A DNA stretch of 64,000 nt. It comes from Bacillales bacterium (lineage in GTDB: Bacteria > Bacillota > Bacilli > JARBTR01). Location of the stretch: contig JAVBKE010000140.1 in the NCBI GenBank assembly GCA_031554185.1, positions 6,719-70,718 on the forward strand. The letters run 5' to 3'. Within the stretch, counting starts at the first letter, position 1; every line of letters begins with the position of its first letter. This document shows, piece by piece, positions 19,076-29,125 of this stretch. A program made the position numbers and the translations under genes. The notes beneath the pieces are model-generated. The model was not told the origin of the DNA. It saw nothing but the letters and a program-made list of their open reading frames with translations, and did not search any database.

Positions 19076-19261
19076 ATGACTTTTGAAAAGAGTATACTGG
19101 CTGTACTAACGGCTTCAACAACGAAAGAAGTGCAAGGAACATGCTTTATCCGTTGTGAATCTATTGAGGAACTGAATACAATTGCGGCAAATTTAGAAGC
19201 CATTCTCGATGGTATCGCCCATAAAGTTACTGATGATATATATGTGATTGTGCGTCATTAG
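19076..19261 (+). CDS. 61-aa protein, probable YIEGIA-associated 'capping complex' subunit
   Basis: Starts 20 nt after the YIEGIA gene with a GGGAGGG SD. The family name is recalled from NCBI naming and is unverified. Confidence 0.5.
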   Translation: MTFEKSILAVLTASTTKEVQGTCFIRCESIEELNTIAANLEAILDGIAHKVTDDIYVIVRH

Positions 19262-19449
19262 TGCTGGGCAATACCTGTTGCTTAAAGTGAACCGCTACCC
19301 GTTAGACATGTGGCTATGTTTAGGAGAAACGCGATGACGAATCGCGATCATTGCCACACCGTAAGATACCCTATATAAAATTGTCTATTGTGGCAAGTGC
19401 GTTGTTCTGATATGATTACCATAGCTATACCTTCCATTCCGAGACACTT

Positions 19450-19468
19450 TAATCTGCAAATCAGATTA
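19450..19468. other. Perfect 7-bp hairpin/palindrome upstream of der
   Basis: TAATCTG caaat CAGATTA, 45 nt before the der ATG. Confidence 0.3.
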
Positions 19469-19512
19469 GTTAGTGGACGACTCAGGAGGGTGTTTTTATT
19501 GTAGGAGATGAA

Positions 19513-20826
19513 ATGATGCCAAAACCAGTTGTAGCAATCGTCGGACACCCAAATGTGGGTAAGTCAACGATTTTTAATCGTATTGTTGGTGAACGTGTTT
19601 CAATTGTTGAAGATTTACCAGGTGTTACTCGTGACCGGATTTATGGGGCGGGTGAGTGGTTGAATAATGAATTCAACCTGATTGATACCGGTGGAATTGA
19701 TATAGGTGATGAGCCATTTTTAAGTCAGATTCGTTATCAGGCGGAAATCGCTATCGATGAGGCGGATGTGATTATCTTTATGACCTCAGGGAGAGATGGC
19801 GTAACTGCTGCGGATGATGAAGTAGCTAAGATGCTGTTTCGGTCGAAAAAACCTGTAGTCCTTGCTGTTAATAAAATTGATAATTTTGAGATGCGCGATC
19901 TTATCTATGATTTTTATTCACTCGGCTTTGGGGAACCTTTCCCGATCTCAGGTGCTCATGGCATTGGGCTTGGCGACCTTTTGGATGCCGTAGTCGCACA
20001 TTTTGGGAACTACACTGCAAATGACTATGAGGAAGATGTAATTAAGTTCAGTTTAGTCGGTCGGCCAAATGTCGGAAAGTCTTCTTTAGTCAACGCTATT
20101 TTAGGCGAAGAACGTGTCATTGTCAGTGATATTGCTGGTACAACAAGGGATGCGATTGATTCGCTCTATACTTGTAATGGGCAAAAATATGTGATTATTG
20201 ATACAGCAGGGATGCGGAAAAAAGGTAAAGTGTATGAGAACACTGAGAAGTACAGTGTTTTACGTGCTTTAAGTGCACTTGGCCGCTCTGATGTTGTACT
20301 TGTTGTACTTGATGGTGAAACAGGGATTATCGAACAGGATAAAAAAATCGCTGGGTATGCGCATGAGGCTGGTAGAGCAATTGTCATTGTTGTAAACAAG
20401 TGGGATGCAGTTGAAAAAGATGAAAAAACGATGAAATCATTTGAGGAAAAAGTTCGCAATGAATTTCAGTTTCTTGATTATGCACCGATTGTGTTTATAT
20501 CAGCACTGACAAGAAAACGAATTCATACATTGATGCCAATGATTGATTTAGCTTGTGAAAATCATGCGAAACGGATTCAAACAAACGTTCTGAATGACGT
20601 CATTAGTGATGCTGTGTCGATGAACCCAACACCAACACATAATGGAAAGCGCCTTAGACTGTATTATGTGACGCAAGTGGCAGTAAAGCCGCCGTCATTT
20701 GCAGTTTTCGTCAATGATCCCGAATTAATGCACTTTTCATATGAGCGTTTTTTAGAAAATCGGGTACGTGATGCATTTGGATTTGAAGGTACGCCACTTA
20801 AATTTTTCACTAGGGAGCGTAAATAG
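19513..20826 (+). CDS. der: Ribosome biogenesis GTPase Der (EngA)
   Basis: Tandem G-domains (GHPNVGKST and [25 protein letters not shown]) plus a KH-like C-terminus. Confidence 0.95.
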   Translation: MMPKPVVAIVGHPNVGKSTIFNRIVGERVSIVEDLPGVTRDRIYGAGEWLNNEFNLIDTGGIDIGDEPFLSQIRYQAEIAIDEADVIIFMTSGRDGVTAADDEVAKMLFRSKKPVVLAVNKIDNFEMRDLIYDFYSLGFGEPFPISGAHGIGLGDLLDAVVAHFGNYTANDYEEDVIKFSLVGRPNVGKSSLVNAILGEERVIVSDIAGTTRDAIDSLYTCNGQKYVIIDTAGMRKKGKVYENTEKYSVLRALSALGRSDVVLVVLDGETGIIEQDKKIAGYAHEAGRAIVIVVNKWDAVEKDEKTMKSFEEKVRNEFQFLDYAPIVFISALTRKRIHTLMPMIDLACENHAKRIQTNVLNDVISDAVSMNPTPTHNGKRLRLYYVTQVAVKPPSFAVFVNDPELMHFSYERFLENRVRDAFGFEGTPLKFFTRERK

Positions 20827-20940
20827 TTTTGGTTTAAAGCAATCTTCTGTATAATTGATTTGAACCAATTTAAAGAATTGTTAATTGCTAGCGTACGAAA
20901 TGGACATGCTCTAGGAGCCTCTTGTTACGCTTAAGCAGTC

Positions 20941-21010
20941 GAAAAATGGTGAAGAAAGTTGTTCGGAAAAGGTGAAAATACTTTCGGGCGGTCTTTTTCA
21001 CCATTTTTCA
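20941..21010 (+). terminator. Long hairpin with U-tract between der and gpsA (terminator or attenuator)
   Basis: GAAAAATGGTGAAGAAAG pairs with CTTTTTCACCATTTTTC (about 16 bp), and the 3' arm ends in TTTTTC. Confidence 0.5.
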
Positions 21011-21041
21011 AAGAGATTACGCGAGGAAAGGGAGAATAAGA

Positions 21042-22076
21042 ATGAAAAAAGTGACAGTTCTAGGATCAGGATCATGGGGATCAGCATTAGCAATGGTTTT
21101 AGCGGATAACAAGCATGATGTTCGTGTTTGGGGAATAGCTGAAAAGAATATTAATGAAATTAATGAGGCGCATACGAATAATGACTTTTTACCTGAAGGC
21201 GTTACATTACCAGCATCAATTGCTGGTTATACAGACCTTGCAAAGGCTTTAGACGATGTGGATATGATTGTTTTTGCTGTGCCAACAAAAGCAATTCCAA
21301 GTGTTGCACAGCAAGTAAATGACGCGATTAAAAGACCAGTTGAGGTCATTCATGTGAGTAAAGGAATCGAGCCTGATTCCTTATTGCGTATTTCTGAAAT
21401 CATCGAAGCGAACTTACCTAGTACAGCGATGAAGAATTTAATTGTCCTTTCAGGGCCGAGTCATGCTGAGGAAGTTAGTAAGCGGATGATTACAACAATT
21501 TGTGCGACTTCAGTGAATGTAGAGGCAGCACAGGTTGTTCAGGAAGCATTCAGCAATCAGTATTTCCGTGTCTATACAAACCAAGATGTTGTTGGCGTTG
21601 AGCTAGCTGGAGCATTAAAAAACATCATTGCGATTGGAACAGGAATCGTGTCTGGATTAGGTTACGGAGACAATGCGAAAGCAGCACTTATCACCAGAGG
21701 ACTATCAGAAATCACTTGTTTAGGTGTGAAAATGGGTGCAAATCCGTATACATTCTTGGGGCTTACTGGTCTTGGTGATTTAATTGTAACATGTACGAGT
21801 GTGCACTCGCGTAACTGGCGCTGTGGCTATGGTCTTGGACAAGGGAAGAGTCTCGATGAAGTGCTAGAGAACATGGGGATGGTCGTTGAGGGTGTACGGA
21901 CCACGAAAGCAGCTTATCAACTTTCACAGAAATATGATATCGAAATGCCAATCACAACAACTTTATATAATTTACTATTCAATGGCCTCAGTGTCGATGT
22001 GGCACAAGACCAATTGATGAACCGTACGAAAAAACATGAGCTTGGTAATCTATTTGAGTTATTTGATAAGCAATAA
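21042..22076 (+). CDS. gpsA: NAD(P)H-dependent glycerol-3-phosphate dehydrogenase
   Basis: VLGSGSWGSALA Rossmann motif; 344 aa. Confidence 0.95.
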   Translation: MKKVTVLGSGSWGSALAMVLADNKHDVRVWGIAEKNINEINEAHTNNDFLPEGVTLPASIAGYTDLAKALDDVDMIVFAVPTKAIPSVAQQVNDAIKRPVEVIHVSKGIEPDSLLRISEIIEANLPSTAMKNLIVLSGPSHAEEVSKRMITTICATSVNVEAAQVVQEAFSNQYFRVYTNQDVVGVELAGALKNIIAIGTGIVSGLGYGDNAKAALITRGLSEITCLGVKMGANPYTFLGLTGLGDLIVTCTSVHSRNWRCGYGLGQGKSLDEVLENMGMVVEGVRTTKAAYQLSQKYDIEMPITTTLYNLLFNGLSVDVAQDQLMNRTKKHELGNLFELFDKQ

Positions 22077-22137
22077 ACGATTTTAACTTATTCACTTTTT
22101 TTAAACTGACAAGGATTTGATTACGCAGAAATGAATG

Positions 22138-22180
22138 CCAACTAATGGATGTTTGAGAACATTCATTGGTTGGTTTTTTT
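22138..22180 (+). terminator. Strong intrinsic terminator after gpsA
   Basis: CCAACTAATG ... CATTGGTTGG (10 bp, one G-U pair) followed by T7. Confidence 0.8.
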
Positions 22181-22338
22181 ATAAGGGCACTGCTAGGATT
22201 TGCGAATATTGGGACTGAGAAATGAATGCTTTCCAATGTTCCAGATTTAGAGTCGATGTTTGTTCCACATAAATGGCTTCGGAAAAATTTTCATATCGTT
22301 TTATTTTTCAAAGGGACTGCAAAAAGACAGTGTATTCA

Positions 22339-22347
22339 TGTTATGAT
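22339..22347 (+). promoter_or_regulatory. Candidate extended -10 promoter for polC
   Basis: TGtTATGAT, 30 nt upstream of ATG 22378. The -35 is poor (TGCAAA). Confidence 0.35.
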
Positions 22348-22377
22348 ATTGTAATCATAAATAATGGAGTGTCATCA

Positions 22378-25300
22378 ATGAGTAATGAAATAAATAGAGG
22401 GCAGGAAAGCTTTAAAATCCTGCTCACCCAGTTGCAAATCACTGATTCCGAGCAGGTTTCAACCTTTGATCAGGCGGAAATTCGTAAAGTGACAGTGAAC
22501 AAGGAGAAGGGTTCGTGGCATTTCCTTTTTTATTTTCAACAAATCGTATCTGCAGAAATGTGGACATTCTTTACAAATCAATTAGTTGTTTCTTTTGCAG
22601 ATATTGCTGAAGTTGATTTCAATGTAGAAATAGCTGATTTTGCGGCCGATGGGGAAACGATTCTCGCCTACTGGCCAATGGTTGCCCTTCGCTTAACTGA
22701 GAAATCACCTGGTGTACAACAGATCTTACTTGCTAATACGCCAGTTTTTGAAGAGGGAACATTAAAAATAACAGTGCAGTCGGACACAGAAGTGACAAAG
22801 ATAAAGAATAGTTATCTTGAACCAATTCAGGATTATTTTAAGAAGATTGGGCTGACTGGTTTTGGTATTCAAATCTGCCTAGATCATAATCACCAAGAAC
22901 AGCAACTGCAAATTTTCCATGAGGAAAAGAAGCGGGAAGATGCCGAAATTGCCCAACAAACGCTTCTTTCAATGCAAGAAGATGCGCAAGGGAAAAAGAG
23001 TAGTCCAGTTGACGATGGTCCCCTAAGAATTGGTAGGCTGATTAACGATGCTGATATTAGAAGAATCGAGGAACTGACAGAAAATGATAAACGTTCAGCC
23101 ATAGAAGGCTACGTTTTTCAGGCTGAAATGCGCCAATTGCGTAGTGGTAAAAGTATGTTGATGTTTAAAATTACTGATTACACCGATTCTCTACAGATCA
23201 AAATGTTTCCCAAGGATCAGGATGATGAAGCGATGTTTTCTCGTATCAAGGTGGGGAAATGGCTTAAAGTGCAAGGGAATCCGCAAATCGATACCTTTAA
23301 TCAATTTAATCCAGAACTCATTATGATGGCAAATGATGTATGTGAAGGGAAACCAGAAGTCCGTCAAGACTGTGCACCAGAAGATGAAAAGCGAGTTGAA
23401 CTTCATCTGCATACCCAAATGAGCCAAATGGATGCGATCACACCAATCAGCGATTATGTTGCTCGTGCAAAATTATGGGGGCATCAAGCGATTGCGATAA
23501 CCGACCACGGTGGTGTGCAAGGCTTCCCGGAAGCTTATGCAGCAGGGAAAAAGCACGATATGAAGATTATTTACGGAATTGAGGCCTATTTGGTCGATGA
23601 TGGAGTTCCAATTGCTTTTAACTCAGAAAATCGTCCACTTTGTGAAAGCACTTATGTAATCTTTGACGTTGAGACAACAGGTTTATCAGCTGTTTACAAT
23701 ACGATTATTGAGATGGGCGCTGTCAAGATTCGTGATGGTGAAATCGTTGACCGATTTTCAAAATTTGCAAATCCTCACCATCCACTATCTGCATTAACCA
23801 TTGAACTTACAGGAATTACTGATGAGATGGTGCAGAACGCACCAGAAGTAAATGAAGTCATTGAAGAATTCAAAATATGGGTTGGTGATGACATTTTAGT
23901 TGCCCATAACGCTAGCTTTGACATGGGTTTTCTGAATATGGTCTATCAGAACCTTGGCTACCCAAAGGCAACAAATCCAGTCATTGATACCCTAGAACTT
24001 GCACGGTTTTTATACCCGGATTTTAAACGATATGGACTTGGTGGATTAGCAAAGAAATTATCTGTCGAACTCACGCAGCATCACAGAGCAATTTATGATG
24101 CCGAGGCGACGGGAAATATTCTCCTAGTCATGCTGCAAGAGCTAAAGAAACATAAAATAGAAAATCTTGAACAGCTAAACGATCACATTGGTCAAGGAAA
24201 AGGGTACCGGAACGCACGACCAAAGCACTGTACAATACTGGTGAAAAATGCAGTTGGATTGAAAAATCTGTTCAAACTCGTTTCATTTGCGCATACGGAA
24301 TATTTTTTCCGGGTACCACGGATTCCTCGCTCAGTCTTAACTGAATACCGTGAAGGTTTGATAATCGGTTCCAGCTGTGATAAGGGTGAAGTTTATGAAG
24401 CGCTTATTCAAAAGCCACTCAGTGAAGTATACCCAATTGCGGAGTTTTACGATTACTTGGAAATCCATCCAAAAGAAGTTTATTTCCCACTAATAGAAGC
24501 AGAAAGCGTTCATAGTGTTCAGTCATTAGAAGGAATCACCAAGAATTTAATCAAAATTGGTGAAGAATTAGATAAGCTTGTCGTTGCTACTGGAAACACA
24601 CACTATCTTGATGATAAAGACAATATCTTCCGCCAAATTCTGATTCGGTCTCAAGGTGGTGCGAATCCAATGAATCGTTATCAATTGCCGAAAGTCCACT
24701 TCCGTACGACTGATGAGATGCTTGAATCATTCGCTTTCCTTGGTGAGGAAAAAGCAAAAGAGCTTGTTGTGACAAACACAAACAAAATTGCTGATTTAAT
24801 TGAGGTAGTTAAGCCAATTAAAGATGAGCTCTATGTTCCGAAAATTGAAGGGGCAGATGAAGAAATTAGGGCGCTTTCATATACTCGTGCGCATGAAATC
24901 TATGGGGAAAAGATTCCAGACATCGTTCATGAACGAATCGAAAAAGAATTGGAAAGTATCATTGGTCACGGTTTTGCTGTTATCTACCTTATTTCGCAGA
25001 AACTCGTTAAGAAATCACTTGATGACGGTTACCTTGTAGGGTCGCGGGGATCTGTTGGTTCATCACTGGTTGCCCATTTAACAGAAATTACCGAAGTGAA
25101 TCCAATGCCACCGCATTATGTTTGTCCGAGCTGTTGCCATGCGGAGTTTTTTACTGACGGTTCTGTCAGCTCTGGTTACGATTTACCTGATAAGAAGTGT
25201 AGTGAGTGCGATGCTACCTATCGTAAAGATGGACAAGACATCCCGTTTGAAACGTTCCTTGGTTTTAAAATGGACAAAGTGCCCGATATTGATCTTAACT

Positions 25301-26703
25301 TCTCCGGAGATTACCAAAACGTTGCCCACGATTACACGAAGGAACTGTTCGGTGAAGAATATGTCTATCGTGCTGGAACGATTGCGACAGTAGCGGATAA
25401 AACAGCTTATGGTTACGTCCGTGGTTTTCTGCAAGAGAATAATTTAACGAAGAAAACTGTTGAAATTGACCGGCTTTCATTAGGCACAACTGGTACTAAG
25501 CGAACAACAGGGCAGCATCCAGGCGGAATTATAGTTATTCCAGATTATATGGATGTCTACGATTTCACACCGATTCAGTTTCCGGCAGACAACATGGATT
25601 CAAGATGGAAAACAACTCATTTTGATTTCCATTCAATACATGATAATGTACTGAAACTCGATATACTCGGACACGATGATCCGACTGTTATCCGGATGCT
25701 TCAAGATTTAAGTGGCATTGACCCAAAGGACATCCCGGTCGATGACCCCGATGTTATGCGCATCTTTAGTGGTCCTGAACCACTTGGCGTTACAGCTGAA
25801 CAAATTAACTGCAAAACAGGTACTTTTGGTGTTCCCGAGTTCGGTACCCAGTTTGTTAGACAAATGTTAGAAGCGACAAAGCCCTCTAAGTTCTCAGAGC
25901 TTGTCCAAATATCAGGACTATCGCATGGAACCGATGTATGGCTCAAGAACGCCCAAGAGCTAATTGATAAAAATATTTGTAAGCTAAATGAAGTAATAGG
26001 TTGCCGTGATGATATCATGGTTTACCTCATCTACCAAGGTGTTGAATCTTCATTTGCCTTTAAAATCATGGAATCTGTTCGTAAAGGAAAAGGATTGACA
26101 CCTGAAATGGAATCAGAAATGCGCGAGCATAAAGTGCCAAATTGGTACATTGAATCTTGTAAAAAGATCAAATACATGTTCCCGAAGGCCCATGCCGCTG
26201 CCTATGTACTGATGGCGGTTCGGATTGCCTACTTCAAAGTGCATATGCCTTTATATTTCTATGCAACTTACTTTACTGTTCGTGCCAATGATTTTGATAT
26301 CGACATCATGTCTAAGGGAGCACTGACGATTAAAGCTAAGCTGGATGAAATTGCACAAAAAGGGATGGAAGCATCAGTTAAAGACCGAAACTTACAAACT
26401 GTGCTTGAGCTTGCTTACGAAATGTGTCAACGTGGTTTCACAATGAAAAAAATCGATCTATATAAATCTTCAGCGAAGGAATTCATCATTGAAGGCGAAA
26501 GTTTAATTCCACCATTCATCTCAATTGCTGGACTTGGAGAAAACGTTGCAGAGCAAATTGTTCGCGCCCGTGATGCAGGTGAATTTCTTTCCAAAGAAGA
26601 TTTGCAACAACGAGGTAAAGTATCAAAAACCATAATTGAGTTCATGGATAACCACGGTTGTTTAACAGACTTACCAGATGAAAACCAGCTTTCATTTTTT
26701 TAA
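22378..26703 (+). CDS. polC: DNA polymerase III alpha subunit, PolC type
   Basis: 1441 aa from ATG 22378 (GGAG upstream). PHP domain, DEDD exonuclease (VIFDVETTGLS, HNASFDMGF), a Cys zinc module (CPSCCH...CSEC) and the polymerase core. The track ORF starts 105 nt earlier. Confidence 0.95.
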   Translation: MSNEINRGQESFKILLTQLQITDSEQVSTFDQAEIRKVTVNKEKGSWHFLFYFQQIVSAEMWTFFTNQLVVSFADIAEVDFNVEIADFAADGETILAYWPMVALRLTEKSPGVQQILLANTPVFEEGTLKITVQSDTEVTKIKNSYLEPIQDYFKKIGLTGFGIQICLDHNHQEQQLQIFHEEKKREDAEIAQQTLLSMQEDAQGKKSSPVDDGPLRIGRLINDADIRRIEELTENDKRSAIEGYVFQAEMRQLRSGKSMLMFKITDYTDSLQIKMFPKDQDDEAMFSRIKVGKWLKVQGNPQIDTFNQFNPELIMMANDVCEGKPEVRQDCAPEDEKRVELHLHTQMSQMDAITPISDYVARAKLWGHQAIAITDHGGVQGFPEAYAAGKKHDMKIIYGIEAYLVDDGVPIAFNSENRPLCESTYVIFDVETTGLSAVYNTIIEMGAVKIRDGEIVDRFSKFANPHHPLSALTIELTGITDEMVQNAPEVNEVIEEFKIWVGDDILVAHNASFDMGFLNMVYQNLGYPKATNPVIDTLELARFLYPDFKRYGLGGLAKKLSVELTQHHRAIYDAEATGNILLVMLQELKKHKIENLEQLNDHIGQGKGYRNARPKHCTILVKNAVGLKNLFKLVSFAHTEYFFRVPRIPRSVLTEYREGLIIGSSCDKGEVYEALIQKPLSEVYPIAEFYDYLEIHPKEVYFPLIEAESVHSVQSLEGITKNLIKIGEELDKLVVATGNTHYLDDKDNIFRQILIRSQGGANPMNRYQLPKVHFRTTDEMLESFAFLGEEKAKELVVTNTNKIADLIEVVKPIKDELYVPKIEGADEEIRALSYTRAHEIYGEKIPDIVHERIEKELESIIGHGFAVIYLISQKLVKKSLDDGYLVGSRGSVGSSLVAHLTEITEVNPMPPHYVCPSCCHAEFFTDGSVSSGYDLPDKKCSECDATYRKDGQDIPFETFLGFKMDKVPDIDLNFSGDYQNVAHDYTKELFGEEYVYRAGTIATVADKTAYGYVRGFLQENNLTKKTVEIDRLSLGTTGTKRTTGQHPGGIIVIPDYMDVYDFTPIQFPADNMDSRWKTTHFDFHSIHDNVLKLDILGHDDPTVIRMLQDLSGIDPKDIPVDDPDVMRIFSGPEPLGVTAEQINCKTGTFGVPEFGTQFVRQMLEATKPSKFSELVQISGLSHGTDVWLKNAQELIDKNICKLNEVIGCRDDIMVYLIYQGVESSFAFKIMESVRKGKGLTPEMESEMREHKVPNWYIESCKKIKYMFPKAHAAAYVLMAVRIAYFKVHMPLYFYATYFTVRANDFDIDIMSKGALTIKAKLDEIAQKGMEASVKDRNLQTVLELAYEMCQRGFTMKKIDLYKSSAKEFIIEGESLIPPFISIAGLGENVAEQIVRARDAGEFLSKEDLQQRGKVSKTIIEFMDNHGCLTDLPDENQLSFF

Positions 26704-26705
26704 AG

Positions 26706-26734
26706 TTGCATCTTGGCAAAAGGTGTGATATTAT
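26706..26734 (+). promoter_or_regulatory. Sigma-A promoter of the rimP-nusA-infB operon
   Basis: TTGCAT, 17 nt, TATTAT, with TG at -15/-14 (TGaTATTAT). Confidence 0.6.
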
Positions 26735-26761
26735 GGGCAAGTGAATTAAATAACCAAAAAG

Positions 26762-26791
26762 GAGAGTGGGGCAACCCGCTCTTTCGCTTTG
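26762..26791 (+). promoter_or_regulatory. Leader hairpin with GNRA loop and interrupted U-tract (possible NusA-responsive attenuator)
   Basis: GAGAGTGGG GCAA CCCGCTCTT, then TCGCTTTG, about 20-50 nt downstream of the predicted TSS. Confidence 0.4.
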
Positions 26792-26837
26792 TCTGAAGAA
26801 GTGGAAAATACTGTTTTATTCACAAGGGGGTGAAACA

Positions 26838-27305
26838 ATGAGTAAAGTCGTTGAAGTAGTGGAAGCTTTGGTGAAACCAATTGCTGAAGCCCAGGGGCTT
26901 GAATTGGTGGAAGTTGAGTATGTGAAGGAAGGTCGGGACTGGTTTTTACGTGTTTTTATCGACAAAGAAGAAGGTATCGACATTGATGAATGTGTTTCTG
27001 TTTCAGAACGGCTGAGTCAAGAGCTTGATGAACATGACCCAATTCCAGATCAGTATTTTCTTGAAGTTTCTTCACCAGGAGCAGAACGCCCTCTTAAGAA
27101 AAAAGCAGATTTTGAAGCAGCAATCGGTAAAAACGTTCATATTAAAACGTACGAACCTATAGGGGACAGTAAAGAACATGAAGGTATCCTATTATCATTC
27201 TCCGAAACTGTCGTGGTATTAGAGGTTAAAGTGAAAACGGCAAAAAGAGAAATTCAAATTCCATATGAAAAAGTTGCCAAGGCTAGACTAGCGGTAGTTT
27301 TTTAA
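26838..27305 (+). CDS. rimP: Ribosome maturation factor RimP
   Basis: 155 aa from ATG 26838 (AGGGGGTGA upstream). YlxS/RimP family; precedes nusA. Confidence 0.9.
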   Translation: MSKVVEVVEALVKPIAEAQGLELVEVEYVKEGRDWFLRVFIDKEEGIDIDECVSVSERLSQELDEHDPIPDQYFLEVSSPGAERPLKKKADFEAAIGKNVHIKTYEPIGDSKEHEGILLSFSETVVVLEVKVKTAKREIQIPYEKVAKARLAVVF

Positions 27306-27323
27306 CAAAAGGAGGAGTTAGCG

Positions 27324-28430
27324 ATGAGCAGTGAGTTATTGACTGCCCTAAAAACGTTAGAAAAAGAGAAAGGCATTTCTTTAACGGTACTAATTGAAGC
27401 CATCGAAGCAGCAATGGTGGCAGCATATCAAAAAAACTTTAATAAAGCACAGAATGTTCGAGTAGAATTTAATACTGAAACTGGACAGATTCGTGTTTTT
27501 GCAAAAAAAGAAGTCAAAGAAATTGTTGAAGATAATCGCTTAGATATTTCCTTAGAAGAAGCAAGAGTGTTTAGTAAGTACTATGAAGTGGGCGATATTG
27601 TTGAAATCGAAGTAACACCAAAAGATTTCGGACGTGTCGCAGCAGCTAATGCGAAGCAAGTCATTGTTCAACGTGTGAGAGAAGCAGAACGCGGCTTAAT
27701 TTACGATGAATACATTGATTTGCAAGAAGATATTATTACGGGAACAGTTCAGCGGAAAGATGCGCGAAATTACTACGTGTCAATTGGCAGAACAGAGGCC
27801 ATTTTGCCAATGGCAGAAATGATGCCAAATGAAGTGTACCAGGTACATGATAAAATCAAATTATTTATTACAAAAGTTGATAAAACAACTAAAGGGCCTC
27901 AAATTGTTGTTTCAAGAGCAAATCCTGGTCTACTCAAACGCTTATTTGAAATGGAGGTTCCTGAAATTTATGAAGGAATCGTTGAAATTAAATCCGTTTC
28001 TCGTGAAGCAGGAGATCGTTCCAAGATTTCTGTGTACTCAAGCAACCCAGAAATTGATCCAATTGGTGCATGTGTTGGCGCAAAAGGTGATCGTGTTCAA
28101 AACGTTGTCAATGAATTAAATGGTGAAAAAATTGACATTGTTGAATGGTCAGAAAATCCAGTTGATTATGTGGCCAATGCATTAAGCCCTTCTAACGTAC
28201 TAGAAGTGATAGTCAACGAAGAAGATAAATCAACAATTGTCATCGTTCCGGATTATCAACTATCACTGGCAATTGGTAAGCGTGGTCAAAATGCTCGTTT
28301 AGCTGCCAAATTAACAGGTTGGAAAATTGATATCAAAAGTGAAACAGATGCACGCACGCAAGGGATCATCACAGATTCATATGATGAAGATTATGACTAC
28401 GATGCAAGTGAGACCCTAGAAGAGTTATAA
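27324..28430 (+). CDS. nusA: Transcription termination/antitermination factor NusA
   Basis: N-terminal domain, S1 domain and two KH domains (IGKRGQNARLAAKLTGWKIDI). Confidence 0.95.
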   Translation: MSSELLTALKTLEKEKGISLTVLIEAIEAAMVAAYQKNFNKAQNVRVEFNTETGQIRVFAKKEVKEIVEDNRLDISLEEARVFSKYYEVGDIVEIEVTPKDFGRVAAANAKQVIVQRVREAERGLIYDEYIDLQEDIITGTVQRKDARNYYVSIGRTEAILPMAEMMPNEVYQVHDKIKLFITKVDKTTKGPQIVVSRANPGLLKRLFEMEVPEIYEGIVEIKSVSREAGDRSKISVYSSNPEIDPIGACVGAKGDRVQNVVNELNGEKIDIVEWSENPVDYVANALSPSNVLEVIVNEEDKSTIVIVPDYQLSLAIGKRGQNARLAAKLTGWKIDIKSETDARTQGIITDSYDEDYDYDASETLEEL

Positions 28431-28440
28431 TGGATTAAAG

Positions 28441-28737
28441 TTGGTGATGATGTTGAATAATAAAAAGAAGATTCCAATGCGCAGATGTGTTGCGACAGGT
28501 GAAATGAAACCGAAAAAAGAAATGATTCGGATTGTCAAGACAAATGAAGGCGAAATCTTCGTTGATCCGACAGGGAAGAAAAACGGTCGAGGCGCCTACA
28601 TGACACTGTCGGAAGAAACGATTCTGAAAGCAAAGAAACGTAAAAGCCTTCAGTCGCAGTTTGAAACAGTGATAGATGAATCAATCTATGAAGAACTAAC
28701 GAGACTGGCGATGAGGGCACAGCATGACACACACTAA
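28441..28737 (+). CDS. ylxR: YlxR/RnpM (DUF448) RNA-binding protein
   Basis: KKIPMRRCVATGEMKPKKEMIRIV...GRGAY signature. The exact start is uncertain (28441-28453). Confidence 0.85.
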   Translation: MVMMLNNKKKIPMRRCVATGEMKPKKEMIRIVKTNEGEIFVDPTGKKNGRGAYMTLSEETILKAKKRKSLQSQFETVIDESIYEELTRLAMRAQHDTH

Positions 28738-29038
28738 AGTATTTTCATTTTTAGGCCTTGCCTACCGGGCAAGAAAAGTGAGCTCGGGTGAAGAGCTAGT
28801 TGTTGGTGATGTTCGCTCCGGTCGGGCAAAATTGGTCTTTTTATCAAATGATGCATCTAGCAATACAACAAAGAAAATTACAGATAAATGTCATTCATAT
28901 GGTGTTCGGTGTATCGTGATTGGTGATCGCTACCAACTAGGTGCTGCCATTGGTAAAGAAGCGAGAGTCGTTGTTGCTATTACAGATGTGGGTTTTGCGA
29001 AAAAATTGACTGAATTAGTAAATGAAGTAACAAAATAA
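28724..29038 (+). CDS. ylxQ: L7Ae-family RNA-binding protein YlxQ
   Basis: 104 aa with an L7Ae/L30e-like fold signature. Overlaps ylxR by 14 nt and precedes infB. Confidence 0.8.
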   Translation: MTHTKVFSFLGLAYRARKVSSGEELVVGDVRSGRAKLVFLSNDASSNTTKKITDKCHSYGVRCIVIGDRYQLGAAIGKEARVVVAITDVGFAKKLTELVNEVTK

Positions 29039-29125
29039 GTTTATTAAGCATTTATAACACAAAATAGAAATCTACTTGTGACAAGCGACTAGATTGATGA
29101 AAAAATTTACAGGGTAAATCCGGGG

